A stretch of 16,352 nt of DNA from a virus (taxonomy: Duplodnaviria > Heunggongvirae > Uroviricota > Caudoviricetes): positions 1 through 16,352 of the IMG/VR virus record IMGVR_UViG_2703718777_000029; one strand, written 5' to 3'. The notes below the pieces were generated by a model. That model did not search any database, had not been told where the DNA came from, and saw only the letters and a list, made by a program, of their open reading frames with translations. Positions 6,774-15,044 of this stretch are shown one piece after another. The first letter of the stretch is position 1; each line of letters begins with the position of its first letter. The translations under genes were made by a program, and so were the position numbers.

Positions 6774-7354
6774 GCGTTAGTTTCTCCACAACCAGAAGCA
6801 ATCGACGCCACGACGCCCGGAGCTGCACACTCGCGGGCGTTACTCTTTTCCGGTGCACAAAAAACACGAAATAACAGTGTTAAATGCTCCTGCCACTTCG
6901 CCATTACTTGGTAGCTGTTCTCTTCGATTTGCTCACGCTCAGCCTGGTCAATAACTCCATCAGCAGTTGCCTTGCGTAAGTACTGGGAATGCTTGCCAAT
7001 CCATTCTATTGACTCCATCAGCCGCTGATTAATGTCACCATTGTCAATGTCATCAATGACCACCAGCGGCACAAACACCCCATAACTACGACGGGCTATT
7101 GCATCTGTTACATGCCTGGTACCACTGGCATCCTGTAAAACCATGGCCCACTCAAGTGGAAAAATTTGATCCCCACCGCTACGCAGTCTGTTATGCAATT
7201 GATCTTTTGCTGGGGTGATATCATCAGATTTATACAAACCAAGAATTTCTGCTGCTTCCTCATAGCCATGAGGTAAATCAGCAATCGTTCTTCGTATTGC
7301 TGCCACCAGCCATGCTGGTTGTTTATCAACTTTCCATTCAGGTTCTTTACCCAC
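6770..7354 (-). CDS. CII-like / YdaT-family early regulator, 194 aa from a GTG start
   Basis: Second gene of the rightward early operon, directly after the Cro-like gene. GTG at 7354 is preceded by GAGGAA at 8-nt spacing. Family assignment is from position and weak sequence impression only. Confidence 0.45.
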   Translation of the reverse strand: MGKEPEWKVDKQPAWLVAAIRRTIADLPHGYEEAAEILGLYKSDDITPAKDQLHNRLRSGGDQIFPLEWAMVLQDASGTRHVTDAIARRSYGVFVPLVVIDDIDNGDINQRLMESIEWIGKHSQYLRKATADGVIDQAEREQIEENSYQVMAKWQEHLTLLFRVFCAPEKSNARECAAPGVVASIASGCGETNA

Positions 7355-7381
7355 GGTTAATTCCTCATTTCTGTGGTGTTT

Positions 7382-7579
7382 TTATGCCGCAGCACTGTTA
7401 GTCTTTTGATATAAAGACACGTCAACTTTCAGTTTCCCGTTAGTAATTTTTTCTAACTGGTACGCTCGGCCTTCAGGAATAATCTCAGGCCACTCTGAAA
7501 CAGACGGATGCTTAATACCTAGGGCTTCGGCGGTTTTACAAACTCCGCCGAAATAATTAATCACGTCGGATTTCCGCAT
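7382..7579 (-). CDS. Cro-like (YdaS-type) HTH DNA-binding protein, 65 aa
   Basis: Small HTH protein (GGVCKTAEALGIKHPSVSEWPEIIPEGRAYQLEKITNGKL) divergent from the CI-like repressor; GGGAGA RBS 7 nt upstream of the ATG. Confidence 0.75.
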   Translation of the reverse strand: MRKSDVINYFGGVCKTAEALGIKHPSVSEWPEIIPEGRAYQLEKITNGKLKVDVSLYQKTNSAAA

Positions 7580-7610
7580 TTCTGTCTCCCGTTAAATTAC
7601 GTTAAGCAGA

Positions 7611-7676
7611 AATGTAGGATATCCAACATACCAATGTCAAGAATCCTACATAGTCATGTGGTAGGATTGCCTACAT
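7611..7676. promoter_or_regulatory. Right operator/promoter region: three operator sites and a PR-like promoter
   Basis: Site 1 ATGTAGGATATCCAACAT (7612-7629) is a near-palindrome. Site 2 (7634-7651) and site 3 (7659-7676) share the half-site ATCC(T/A)ACAT. On the minus strand, TTGACA (7640..7635), 18-nt spacer, TACATT (7616..7611) overlaps site 1 and would drive cro. Confidence 0.6.
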
Positions 7677-8328
7677 GATGAACATGAGTGATCGTATTCG
7701 CCAAAGGCGAAAAGAACTGAACCTGACACAACAAGCACTGGCTGATTTGACTGGTGTGAACCGTGTCACGGTTACTGGATGGGAAAAGGACGACTACCAA
7801 CCAAATGGAGCCAACCTTCAAGCCCTAGCCAACGCACTTAAATGCGATCCTCTGTGGCTTGTTAGCGGAAAAGGCTCGCCTGAACCAAAGATAAATCTAA
7901 AACCTGAAATATTCGCAGTTAAAAAAGTCCCCCTCATCTCGTGGGTTCAGGCGGGTTCATGGACAATGACGGAGCCTGGTGTCAGGAAAGAAGATGCTGA
8001 AGAGTGGGTTTATACTACCGCCCTTGTATCAGAAATGGCATTTGCACTACGGGTCCGTGGTGATTCAATGACCAATCCCCTCGGCTCACCATCGATACCA
8101 GAAGGTTCTATCGTTATCGTAGAGCCAGATATTATTGATACAGAGTGTATTAACGGAAAAATCGTTGTTGCCCATATCAATGGTGGGCAAGAAGCGACAC
8201 TCAAAAAATTTGTTGAGGACTGGCCGAACAGGTATCTCGTCCCACTAAATCCTAACTATAAAACTATTGAATGCGGTGAGAACTGCAGAATAGTTGGTCT
8301 TGTCAAACAAGTAATAATGGATTTTTGA
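7675..8328 (+). CDS. CI-like prophage repressor (XRE-family HTH plus S24 LexA-like autopeptidase domain), 217 aa
   Basis: N-terminal HTH (LNLTQQALADLTGVNRVTVTGWE); C-terminal S24 peptidase signature with GDSM serine (RVRGDSMTNP) and a downstream lysine (EATLKKF). No SD before the ATG cluster at 7675/7678/7684, so the mRNA may be leaderless as for lambda cI. Confidence 0.85.
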   Translation: MMNMSDRIRQRRKELNLTQQALADLTGVNRVTVTGWEKDDYQPNGANLQALANALKCDPLWLVSGKGSPEPKINLKPEIFAVKKVPLISWVQAGSWTMTEPGVRKEDAEEWVYTTALVSEMAFALRVRGDSMTNPLGSPSIPEGSIVIVEPDIIDTECINGKIVVAHINGGQEATLKKFVEDWPNRYLVPLNPNYKTIECGENCRIVGLVKQVIMDF

Positions 8329-8350
8329 CACATCTTCCTCACTATCGCAA

Positions 8351-8375
8351 AACCGGGGTATCCCCGGTTTTTTTA
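8351..8375 (+). terminator. Intrinsic terminator after the cI-like gene (bidirectional shape)
   Basis: AACCGGGG-tat-CCCCGGTT hairpin followed by TTTTTTT and preceded by an A-run. Confidence 0.7.
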
Positions 8376-8390
8376 TGAGCCTATCTTTTT

Positions 8391-8444
8391 ATGTAGGATA
8401 ACCAACATAAACTCTTGACACTCACATGTTGGATATCCTACATT
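8391..8444 (+). promoter_or_regulatory. Left operator/promoter region: two operator sites and a PL-like promoter
   Basis: ATGTAGGATAACCAACAT (8391-8408) and ATGTTGGATATCCTACAT (8426-8443); the latter is the exact reverse complement of right-side site 1. TTGACA (8415-8420), 18-nt spacer, TACATT (8439-8444) mirrors the PR-like promoter. Confidence 0.6.
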
Positions 8445-8602
8445 TGTTTTTAGAGTTGTGGTGAATGCGCAGGCTGATGCGCGAAAGACATTGCAGCTAT
8501 TACGGAAAAGAGCTGTTCGGCGGGGCAATTAAATGCCCGTGAGAGTCTGAAATAACCGCAAGCCGGAGATCAGCACCGATCACCACAACAGCCACTGCTT
8601 TG

Positions 8603-8650
8603 GCGGTACCAGTTTGTACACTTGCTTCCGGCTGGTACCGCTCTTTTTAC
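8603..8650 (+). terminator. Terminator-like hairpin in the early-left leader (possible attenuator or end of a short leader RNA)
   Basis: Perfect 10-bp inverted repeat GCGGTACCAG (8603-8612) / CTGGTACCGC (8632-8641) with a 19-nt loop, followed by TCTTTTTAC. The sequence CGCTCTTTTTA spanning the 3' arm resembles a boxA element. Confidence 0.4.
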
Positions 8651-8785
8651 AAAACAGAGAAGAGCATCACCGGACGACGGGCTCATAACCCAATCCACCC
8701 GGGCGGCTGCCACCGCAGGTGTTCTTCTCTGTTTTGTGGAGAAACCAACCGACCTTGCAGGGTCGATATGATGAGGAGCAGCAAA

Positions 8786-9148
8786 ATGGCTAGCGAACGC
8801 AGTACTGATGTGCAGGCATTTATCGGGGAGTTGGACGGCGGCGTATTTGAAACCAAAATCGGCGCTGTTCTCAGTGAAGTCGCTTCCGGTGTGATGAACA
8901 CGAAAACCAAAGGTAAGGTCTCGCTCAACCTGGAAATCGAACCGTTTGATGAGAACCGTGTGAAAATCAAACACAAACTCTCATATGTTCGCCCGACTAA
9001 CCGCGGGAAAATTTCCGAAGAAGACACCACCGAAACGCCGATGTATGTCAATCGCGGTGGTCGCCTGACTATTCTGCAGGAAGACCAGGGACAATTACTG
9101 ACTCTTGCCGGTGAACCTGACGGAAAACTACGCGCAGCAGGTCATTAA
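8786..9148 (+). CDS. YfdP-like early protein, 120 aa
   Basis: ATG at 8786 preceded by AGGAG at 7-nt spacing; the upstream in-frame extension to 8600 in the track has no RBS and overlaps the leader hairpin. Size and position match CPS-53 YfdP as remembered. Confidence 0.55.
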   Translation: MASERSTDVQAFIGELDGGVFETKIGAVLSEVASGVMNTKTKGKVSLNLEIEPFDENRVKIKHKLSYVRPTNRGKISEEDTTETPMYVNRGGRLTILQEDQGQLLTLAGEPDGKLRAAGH

Positions 9149-9213
9149 TATCGTTCTTAATTAACTGATTATTTATCTCATCACTGAATATCTTTATATA
9201 GTGAGGACTTATT

Positions 9214-10038
9214 ATGTCTCAGAACTTAGACGCAACCGCAATTAATCAAATCCATGCCCTTATTTCTGCTCAGGGTGTTAATGAAATTATCAGTAAGATT
9301 GGTGCCGATGCTGTGGCATTGCCTGAGAATTTCCGCATTCATGATCTGGAAAAATTTAATTTAAATCGCTTCCGTTTCCGTGGTGCGCTTTCCACTGCCA
9401 GCATCGATGACTTTACCCGTTATTCTAAAGATCTTGCAGATGAAGGCACCCGCTGCTTTATCGATGCCGATAATATGCGTGCCGTCAGTGTGCTTAACCT
9501 GGGTACTATTGATGAACCAGGTCACGCAGATAACACCGCCACTCTCAAGCTAAAAAAGACAGCACCGTTTTCTGCTCTGTTGTCTGTTAATGGCGAGCGT
9601 AACTCCCAGAAGTCACTGGCAGAATGGATTGAAGACTGGGCCGACTACCTTGTGGGCTTTGATGCTAATGGTGACGCTATTCAGGCAACAAAAGCGGCTG
9701 CGGCTGTCCGTAAAATCACGATTGAAGCAAACCAGACCGCTGATTTTGAAGATAATGACTTCAGCGGCAAACGCTCCCTGATGGAGTCTGTCGAAGCGAA
9801 GACCAAAGATATTATGCCAGTGGCATTTGAATTTAAATGCGTTCCGTTTGAAGGTCTGAAAGAACGTCCATTTAAATTACGCCTCAGCATTATCACTGGC
9901 GATCGTCCTGTACTGGTTCTGCGCATTATTCAGCTGGAAGCAGTGCAGGAAGAAATGGCTAACGAATTTCGTGATCTGCTTGTTGAGAAATTCAAAGACA
10001 GCAAAGTAGAAACCTTTATTGGTACTTTCACCGCCTGA
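9214..10038 (+). CDS. DUF2303 (YfdQ-like) protein, 274 aa
   Basis: Length and overall character match E. coli CPS-53 YfdQ as remembered; GTGAGGA RBS 6 nt upstream of the ATG. Confidence 0.6.
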   Translation: MSQNLDATAINQIHALISAQGVNEIISKIGADAVALPENFRIHDLEKFNLNRFRFRGALSTASIDDFTRYSKDLADEGTRCFIDADNMRAVSVLNLGTIDEPGHADNTATLKLKKTAPFSALLSVNGERNSQKSLAEWIEDWADYLVGFDANGDAIQATKAAAAVRKITIEANQTADFEDNDFSGKRSLMESVEAKTKDIMPVAFEFKCVPFEGLKERPFKLRLSIITGDRPVLVLRIIQLEAVQEEMANEFRDLLVEKFKDSKVETFIGTFTA

Positions 10039-10050
10039 TTTCATTACTGC

Positions 10051-10072
10051 AAATGCCCCTGCGGGGGCATTT
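10051..10072 (+). terminator. Hairpin between the yfdQ-like and yfdR-like genes (weak terminator or attenuator candidate)
   Basis: AAATGCCCC-tgcg-GGGGCATTT, a 9-bp stem with a 4-nt loop; only a short T tract follows. Confidence 0.3.
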
Positions 10073-10165
10073 ATGGAAACGTAATTAACTCAATAATCGC
10101 CGGATGGTGAGGGCTTCCTTTTACCAGAATTCAGCGCGGTGCAGCGCATATACGTGGAGAACAAA

Positions 10166-10702
10166 ATGTCATTTATTAAAACTTTTTCCGGTAAGCATTT
10201 TTATTATGACAGGATAAATAAAGACGACATCGATATTAACGATATCGCGGTTTCCCTTTCAAATATCTGTCGCTTTGCCGGTCATCTTTCGCACTTCTAC
10301 AGCGTCGCCCAACATGCGGTTCTTTGCAGCCAGCTGGTACCGCAGGAATTTGCTTTTGAAGCGTTAATGCATGATGCAACAGAAGCGTATTGCCAGGACA
10401 TCCCCGCTCCACTGAAACGCCTTCTTCCTGACTATAAACAGATGGAAGAAAAAATAGACGCCGTAATCCGTGAGAAATACGGGTTACCCCCGGTTATGAG
10501 TACGCCCGTGAAATATGCCGATCTCATCATGCTGGCAACCGAACGCCGCGATCTCGGGCTTGATGATGGCTCTTTCTGGCCTGTACTGGAAGGCATCCCG
10601 GCAACAGAGATGTTCAACGTGATTCCACTGGCACCGGGCCATGCCTACGGGATGTTTATGGAACGTTTTAACGAGTTATCGGAGTTACGCAAATGCGCAT
10701 GA
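10166..10702 (+). CDS. HD-domain phosphohydrolase (YfdR-like 5'-deoxynucleotidase), 178 aa
   Basis: HD-domain His and His-Asp motifs (SVAQHAVLCSQ...LMHDATEAY). ATG at 10166 preceded by GGAG; the track GTG at 10139 has no RBS. Length matches E. coli YfdR. Confidence 0.7.
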   Translation: MSFIKTFSGKHFYYDRINKDDIDINDIAVSLSNICRFAGHLSHFYSVAQHAVLCSQLVPQEFAFEALMHDATEAYCQDIPAPLKRLLPDYKQMEEKIDAVIREKYGLPPVMSTPVKYADLIMLATERRDLGLDDGSFWPVLEGIPATEMFNVIPLAPGHAYGMFMERFNELSELRKCA

Positions 10703-11043
10703 ATGTTTTCGAAATGGAAGGGTTTCTTCGCGGGAAATGTGTACCGCGAGATCTGAAAGTGAATGAAACAAATGCTGAGTATCTGGTGCGTAAATTCGAT
10801 GAAGTACGTGCTGAGGCTCGCAACGAGGGTATTAACTATACCGCAAGCCGCCTTGCTGCTGCGTTCAATCACGGATTTATCAATAAGTCTTTACGTGAAG
10901 TTTTCGACGTTACACGCATGATTCTGTCAGCGAAAGATGAGTTGGCTAATGAACCGCACCCGATTGATGGTCTGTCCGGTGAATATGCGGAGAAATCCCT
11001 TGAAGAATGGGCGGAACAGATTCGCAAAGGAGGCAACCAGTGA
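10693..11043 (+). CDS. Hypothetical early protein, 116 aa
   Basis: ATG at 10693 with GGAG 8 nt upstream; overlaps the yfdR-like stop by 10 nt. No recognised domain. Confidence 0.5.
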   Translation: MRMNVFEMEGFLRGKCVPRDLKVNETNAEYLVRKFDEVRAEARNEGINYTASRLAAAFNHGFINKSLREVFDVTRMILSAKDELANEPHPIDGLSGEYAEKSLEEWAEQIRKGGNQ

Positions 11044-11684
11044 ATAACCGCTTTTACATGATGTGCTTGCGTGAAACTGTGGGTAATAACGCTTCATTCC
11101 ATTGCCATAACGGCAATGGTTACAGTTCTAATATCGATCGCGCTCATGTTTACACGCTGGAAGAAGCCCAAAAAGCCTGGAATTGTGGTCGAGATATCGA
11201 TCAGCCTGTTTGCGCTGATAGCGTGGATGCAATGGCTGTGTGGCACGTTGATTGCCAGTACATCCCTACAGAAAACCTGATTGAGCCAGATTGCACTGCG
11301 TATGTGGCCTACAAAAAAGGTAGCTGGAACGGCAACGATGTTTACTGGCTTCAACACGGTGGATTGCCAACAGATGACTTCAGTAAAGCGACCATCTTTA
11401 GCGTCGCCAACAAAAACGAACCAGGAATAGTTTGGTTGCCATTTTCCATTGCTGATTCAGCAAAGCGCCGGACGTTCAATATCAATAACTTTAACCGCAG
11501 AACAATGGTTCAGGGCGCAGGTTTGGTCATGCCTGACTGGTTGAAAAAGCAGAACAGAAGAAAGAAGTCGCGAAGCGGGAAGGTGCGTTGGAATTGTCCG
11601 CATTGCGGAAAAATCACCTGGCAGTACAACCCATATGATTTTGAAGGCTGTAGTGATTACAACTGTGAAGGATGGCGAGAATGA
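11040..11684 (+). CDS. Hypothetical Cys-rich protein with C-terminal zinc-ribbon-like CPHCG...C..C motif, about 214 aa from GTG
   Basis: GTG at 11040 has a perfect AGGAGG SD 7-8 nt upstream and overlaps the upstream stop (GTGA); the alternative ATG is at 11058. Confidence 0.45.
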   Translation: MNNRFYMMCLRETVGNNASFHCHNGNGYSSNIDRAHVYTLEEAQKAWNCGRDIDQPVCADSVDAMAVWHVDCQYIPTENLIEPDCTAYVAYKKGSWNGNDVYWLQHGGLPTDDFSKATIFSVANKNEPGIVWLPFSIADSAKRRTFNINNFNRRTMVQGAGLVMPDWLKKQNRRKKSRSGKVRWNCPHCGKITWQYNPYDFEGCSDYNCEGWRE

Positions 11685-12277
11685 CAATTGACTATCAGGC
11701 ACTGCGTGAAAAGGCAGAGAAAGCAACTAAAGGAAGCTACATCGTAGGGCATACATCTGTTAACCAGCACGGCAATTTAACAGGAGTTTTTGTTTGCCAA
11801 AAATGGAAAGGAGAACTCGGTGGCGTGATTGCGGAATGTCATGTTAACTGCCTGGTTGAAACAGATGTTCAGGCTTATGCAAACGCTGAATTTATTGCAG
11901 CTTTTAATCCAAATGTTGCGCTGACACTACTGGATGAACGGGAAAGAAATCAGCAATACATCAAATCACGCGACCAGGAGAACGAGGAAATTGCGCTAAC
12001 GGTTGGGAAGCTGCGAGTTGAGCTTGAGGAGACAAAATCAAAACTCAACGAGCAGCGTGAGTATTACGAAGGTGTTATCTCCGATGGGAACAAGCGTATT
12101 GCTGAACTGGAAGCGCGGGAAGTTCAATTACCGACTCGCTACGACCTTCGATATGGACACCCGATAAATGCAGATGAGCGACATGTCATGATACCTAAAG
12201 AAAATGGCAGTTGGCTTTACCTGATTGACCTAGAACACGCATTACGCGTCGCTGGCATTCGCATCAAAGGAGAGTGA
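11681..12277 (+). CDS. Ead/Ea22-like protein, 198 aa
   Basis: N-terminus MTIDYQALREKAEKATKGSY is the characteristic Ea22-like start, followed by a coiled-coil-like middle. ATG overlaps the upstream stop (ATGA at 11681-11684); the track start at 11672 adds three codons. Confidence 0.65.
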   Translation: MTIDYQALREKAEKATKGSYIVGHTSVNQHGNLTGVFVCQKWKGELGGVIAECHVNCLVETDVQAYANAEFIAAFNPNVALTLLDERERNQQYIKSRDQENEEIALTVGKLRVELEETKSKLNEQREYYEGVISDGNKRIAELEAREVQLPTRYDLRYGHPINADERHVMIPKENGSWLYLIDLEHALRVAGIRIKGE

Positions 12278-12278
12278 G

Positions 12279-12983
12279 ATGACCACTTTTACCGACAAAG
12301 AACTGATTAAAGAAATCAAAGAGCGCATAGGCAGCTTGGACGTTCGAGACAATATTGAGCGCCGTGCTTATGAAATTGCACTGGCATCGCTGGAAGAAGA
12401 TCCGGTTGCTTATATTTTCAAACATCCGGCCGGGAAATTATTCTGGGCTTTAACGGATGAAAGCAATAAAGAGCAAGCGGACGTTATTCCTGTTTATGCT
12501 GCCGCGCCTGCATCGGTTGTGCCGGATAATACATCAAAGCCTCTTGCTTATGCTTACAAAGAGCTTACGCCTGAGATTATGCGCAACCATTTAGCTGTAT
12601 TCGAGCGATATGGAATAGCCCCAAACGATAGCACTACCACAATTCAGGCACTGCGAATCGCGCTGGATGGTATAGAGCGGAGCGCCGCCATGCTTCAGGG
12701 TGCCAAACCTGTAAGCCAAACTTACAAGTTGAACGAGCTATCGGGCAACTCTCCGGTGACTCCGGATGGTTGGATAAGCTGTAGTGAGCGAATGCCGAAA
12801 AAGAATCAGAACGTACTTATTTCGGTGAATTTCGATAGTGATCTGGTTGAGCCGCTAATATGCTCCGCACGCTATACCGGAAGCACCTTTCGGCGCGGAG
12901 ATGCAACGATTAAGCCGGGTAATGGTATTGAGCAAGCAACTCACTGGATGCCGCTACCAGAACCGCCGCAGGAGGTAAAGTAA
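12279..12983 (+). CDS. DUF551 domain protein, 234 aa
   Basis: C-terminal DGWISCSERMPKKNQNVLISV...EQATHWMPLPEPPQ is typical of DUF551. GGAG RBS; start lies 2 nt after the upstream stop. Confidence 0.65.
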   Translation: MTTFTDKELIKEIKERIGSLDVRDNIERRAYEIALASLEEDPVAYIFKHPAGKLFWALTDESNKEQADVIPVYAAAPASVVPDNTSKPLAYAYKELTPEIMRNHLAVFERYGIAPNDSTTTIQALRIALDGIERSAAMLQGAKPVSQTYKLNELSGNSPVTPDGWISCSERMPKKNQNVLISVNFDSDLVEPLICSARYTGSTFRRGDATIKPGNGIEQATHWMPLPEPPQEVK

Positions 12984-13177
12984 TGAACAACTTAATGACA
13001 ACTAAACAAGTCGCCAACTTCTGTGGAGTTTCAGTATCGACAGTTCTTCGCTGGAACAGCGTAAACAGGAGAACTGGCCAGAAATACAGGCCTGACTTCC
13101 CAGATCCTGATATTAAATCCTGCCCAAATAAATGGGCATCACGCAAGATATACAGGTTTGCGGGAGTTATTGAGTAA
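12983..13177 (+). CDS. Excisionase-like (AlpA/Xis family) HTH protein, 64 aa
   Basis: HTH TTKQVANFCGVSVSTVLRW followed by FPDP...W, resembling lambda Xis and AlpA motifs. GGAGGT RBS; ATG overlaps the upstream TAA (TAATG). Last gene of the early-left operon before the integration module. Confidence 0.55.
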   Translation: MNNLMTTKQVANFCGVSVSTVLRWNSVNRRTGQKYRPDFPDPDIKSCPNKWASRKIYRFAGVIE

Positions 13178-13341
13178 TACGTATTCGTTCAGATGTGAGT
13201 TAACACATCTATGGCACAGAGCTAAACCTAATAAGACTGTCTACTCTGTGCCTGAAGTAGATGTTGCAAATACCACCAGCGAAGCACCAAAATTAATGGT
13301 GCAGGATGATGCAGATAATTCTGATGAAAACACCCAGAATT

Positions 13342-13350
13342 TGTTACAAT
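13342..13350 (+). promoter_or_regulatory. Candidate extended -10 promoter for the AT-rich membrane-protein gene
   Basis: TGtTACAAT (TG, one base, then TACAAT) about 60 nt upstream of the ATG at 13410; no convincing -35 element. Confidence 0.35.
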
Positions 13351-13409
13351 AAGTACATAGTATTAAAGTTTTTTATGAATGTCTAAATGTATCTTATTCA
13401 GAGGTGATA

Positions 13410-14957
13410 ATGGGTGCCAATGGTTTACTAGCAGTCTTCGCCATACTTATTGCTTGGTATACTCTCTTAACGGATGAGAGACGTGTTGATTTAAGGTTAC
13501 GCATATCTAAATTTAATTTAGTATTCATTATCTTTTTTATATCAACAATATTAACAGTTATATATTCTAAGGTTTTGCTAAGTGTTTTCCCGATAAAACC
13601 GATCCCTTGGATACTCGGTTTTAACGAAGATACATTGGCTTTTACTTGTCTTTGTATCATAATTATATTTTTTGGAATTAAAGTACAGGGCAAAATACTA
13701 CCAAAATCAAACCTTACCTGTTGGATCAGTGTTTCAGAAACATATCTGCGCGCAAAAAAAATAGAACAACTAGGATATCTTTTTGATAAATATCACGAGC
13801 AGCTATTCAATATAATCAGCAATAAAAAATGGTATGTTCGCGTACATAATTACTTAGCCCCTTCATTATCTCCCATTGAAATGGATGAAGAGAAGGTAAA
13901 AAAATTACGATTCAAAAAAGTCAGGAGATTTCTGTCAAAGTTTTTCCCTTATGAAGACAAAAGACAAAATGATATTCAATTAAATATATCCAATCTTCTG
14001 AAATCAAAGGTTTTTTCACATTATCTAATTGATACTTACCCTCACGTAGCTATGAAGGCCACCTGCTTACAGCTTAGATATAATTGTGAGTATAATACAA
14101 ATTTCTTTACGTATTTAATATCTAACCCAAACAGCATTATGTATAGGGAGTTACGAGACAACCAAAATCGTTCATATACAGGGGAGTATGCACTCGACGA
14201 AAGTAATGCCTTGCTTAATTTTTATTTAAATGATATTCGCATGGCGATAGATTTAGAAATATGGAAACCTGTGGGTAATTATGTCATTAGCTACATAAAA
14301 AAACAAAAAGGGAGTTCTTGCTTTTACAATCATCCAGATAATTACTATTCAAGTAGTGATGAGCGTTGGGAATGCCCACTCTTCGTTGGATTGACGTTTT
14401 TCGATGTTATGGTATCTACAGCAATATTCAAACGCTCAAAAAACAATATGTGGCTCATGTATTATCGTTGTTTCCTAAAGGAAATACTTGAGAGCTATGA
14501 AAAATCTAGCAGCATAGATGTAAATAGAGAGTTCCCCATGCGATTTGATTATTTAATATATGAGCTAATCAGCCGTTGTAATATATGGGCAGGAGCAACA
14601 GAACACCTCAATTATGATAACTGGACAACAGAAGATAAAGAGCAATCTCCAGAGTTCTTTGCCTCTAAAACCTTGGGGGAAATGATGTATCTGATTATTA
14701 CTTCAGAAAAAATGCATAACAATCAAAAGACATATCTTTTAGAAATCATTATTAAAAGAATGGACTCTCTTGATAAAAAGAAGAAATCTGCTTACTCCAA
14801 GGAAATCTTCAACAATCTTATCCGAGCATTCTCCCCTGCTTCCATTGATATAAATGCAGTAAATAAATTACGGCAACTTTATACAGGTGTTGATCATGTT
14901 CTAAAAAACAAAAATTCAACTTTTGAAGTTGAACTATCAAAATATCCTGACCAATAA
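13410..14957 (+). CDS. Hypothetical membrane-anchored protein, 515 aa (three N-terminal TM helices plus ~420-aa soluble domain); candidate defence or superinfection-exclusion moron
   Basis: ATG at 13410 preceded by GAGGTG; the track start at 13404 is a GTG. Hydrophobic segments LLAVFAILIAWYTLL, LVFIIFFISTILTVIYSKVLLSVF and LAFTCLCIIIIFFGI. The gene and its flanks are much more AT-rich than the rest of the window. No known domain recognised. Confidence 0.7.
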   Translation: MGANGLLAVFAILIAWYTLLTDERRVDLRLRISKFNLVFIIFFISTILTVIYSKVLLSVFPIKPIPWILGFNEDTLAFTCLCIIIIFFGIKVQGKILPKSNLTCWISVSETYLRAKKIEQLGYLFDKYHEQLFNIISNKKWYVRVHNYLAPSLSPIEMDEEKVKKLRFKKVRRFLSKFFPYEDKRQNDIQLNISNLLKSKVFSHYLIDTYPHVAMKATCLQLRYNCEYNTNFFTYLISNPNSIMYRELRDNQNRSYTGEYALDESNALLNFYLNDIRMAIDLEIWKPVGNYVISYIKKQKGSSCFYNHPDNYYSSSDERWECPLFVGLTFFDVMVSTAIFKRSKNNMWLMYYRCFLKEILESYEKSSSIDVNREFPMRFDYLIYELISRCNIWAGATEHLNYDNWTTEDKEQSPEFFASKTLGEMMYLIITSEKMHNNQKTYLLEIIIKRMDSLDKKKKSAYSKEIFNNLIRAFSPASIDINAVNKLRQLYTGVDHVLKNKNSTFEVELSKYPDQ

Positions 14958-15044
14958 TGATATATTTATCCATCACCTGCTTATATTGCAGGTGGTATCC
15001 TGAACCCAGTTGATCTATCAGTCAAAAAGTTAATCGTATAGCGT

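Noticed and set aside
8325-8330. TTGACA hexamer at the cI stop codon as a promoter -35
   Set aside because: No acceptable -10 element at 16-18 bp spacing, and it is followed directly by the cI terminator.
8600-8785. Upstream in-frame extension of the yfdP-like ORF (track start 8600, 182 aa)
   Set aside because: No RBS at 8600 and it overlaps the leader hairpin. A perfect AGGAG precedes the ATG at 8786, giving a 120-aa product.
8570-9051. Two minus-strand ORFs (134 and 122 aa)
   Set aside because: Antisense to the yfdP-like gene and leader; no start context; inconsistent with operon direction.
13158-13352. 64-aa plus-strand ORF overlapping the end of the xis-like gene
   Set aside because: Different frame overlapping the xis 3' end, no SD, and it runs through the inverted repeats and promoter region.
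14957-15013. 18-codon ORF overlapping the stop of the membrane-protein gene
   Set aside because: No RBS; it coincides with the hairpin between convergent genes.
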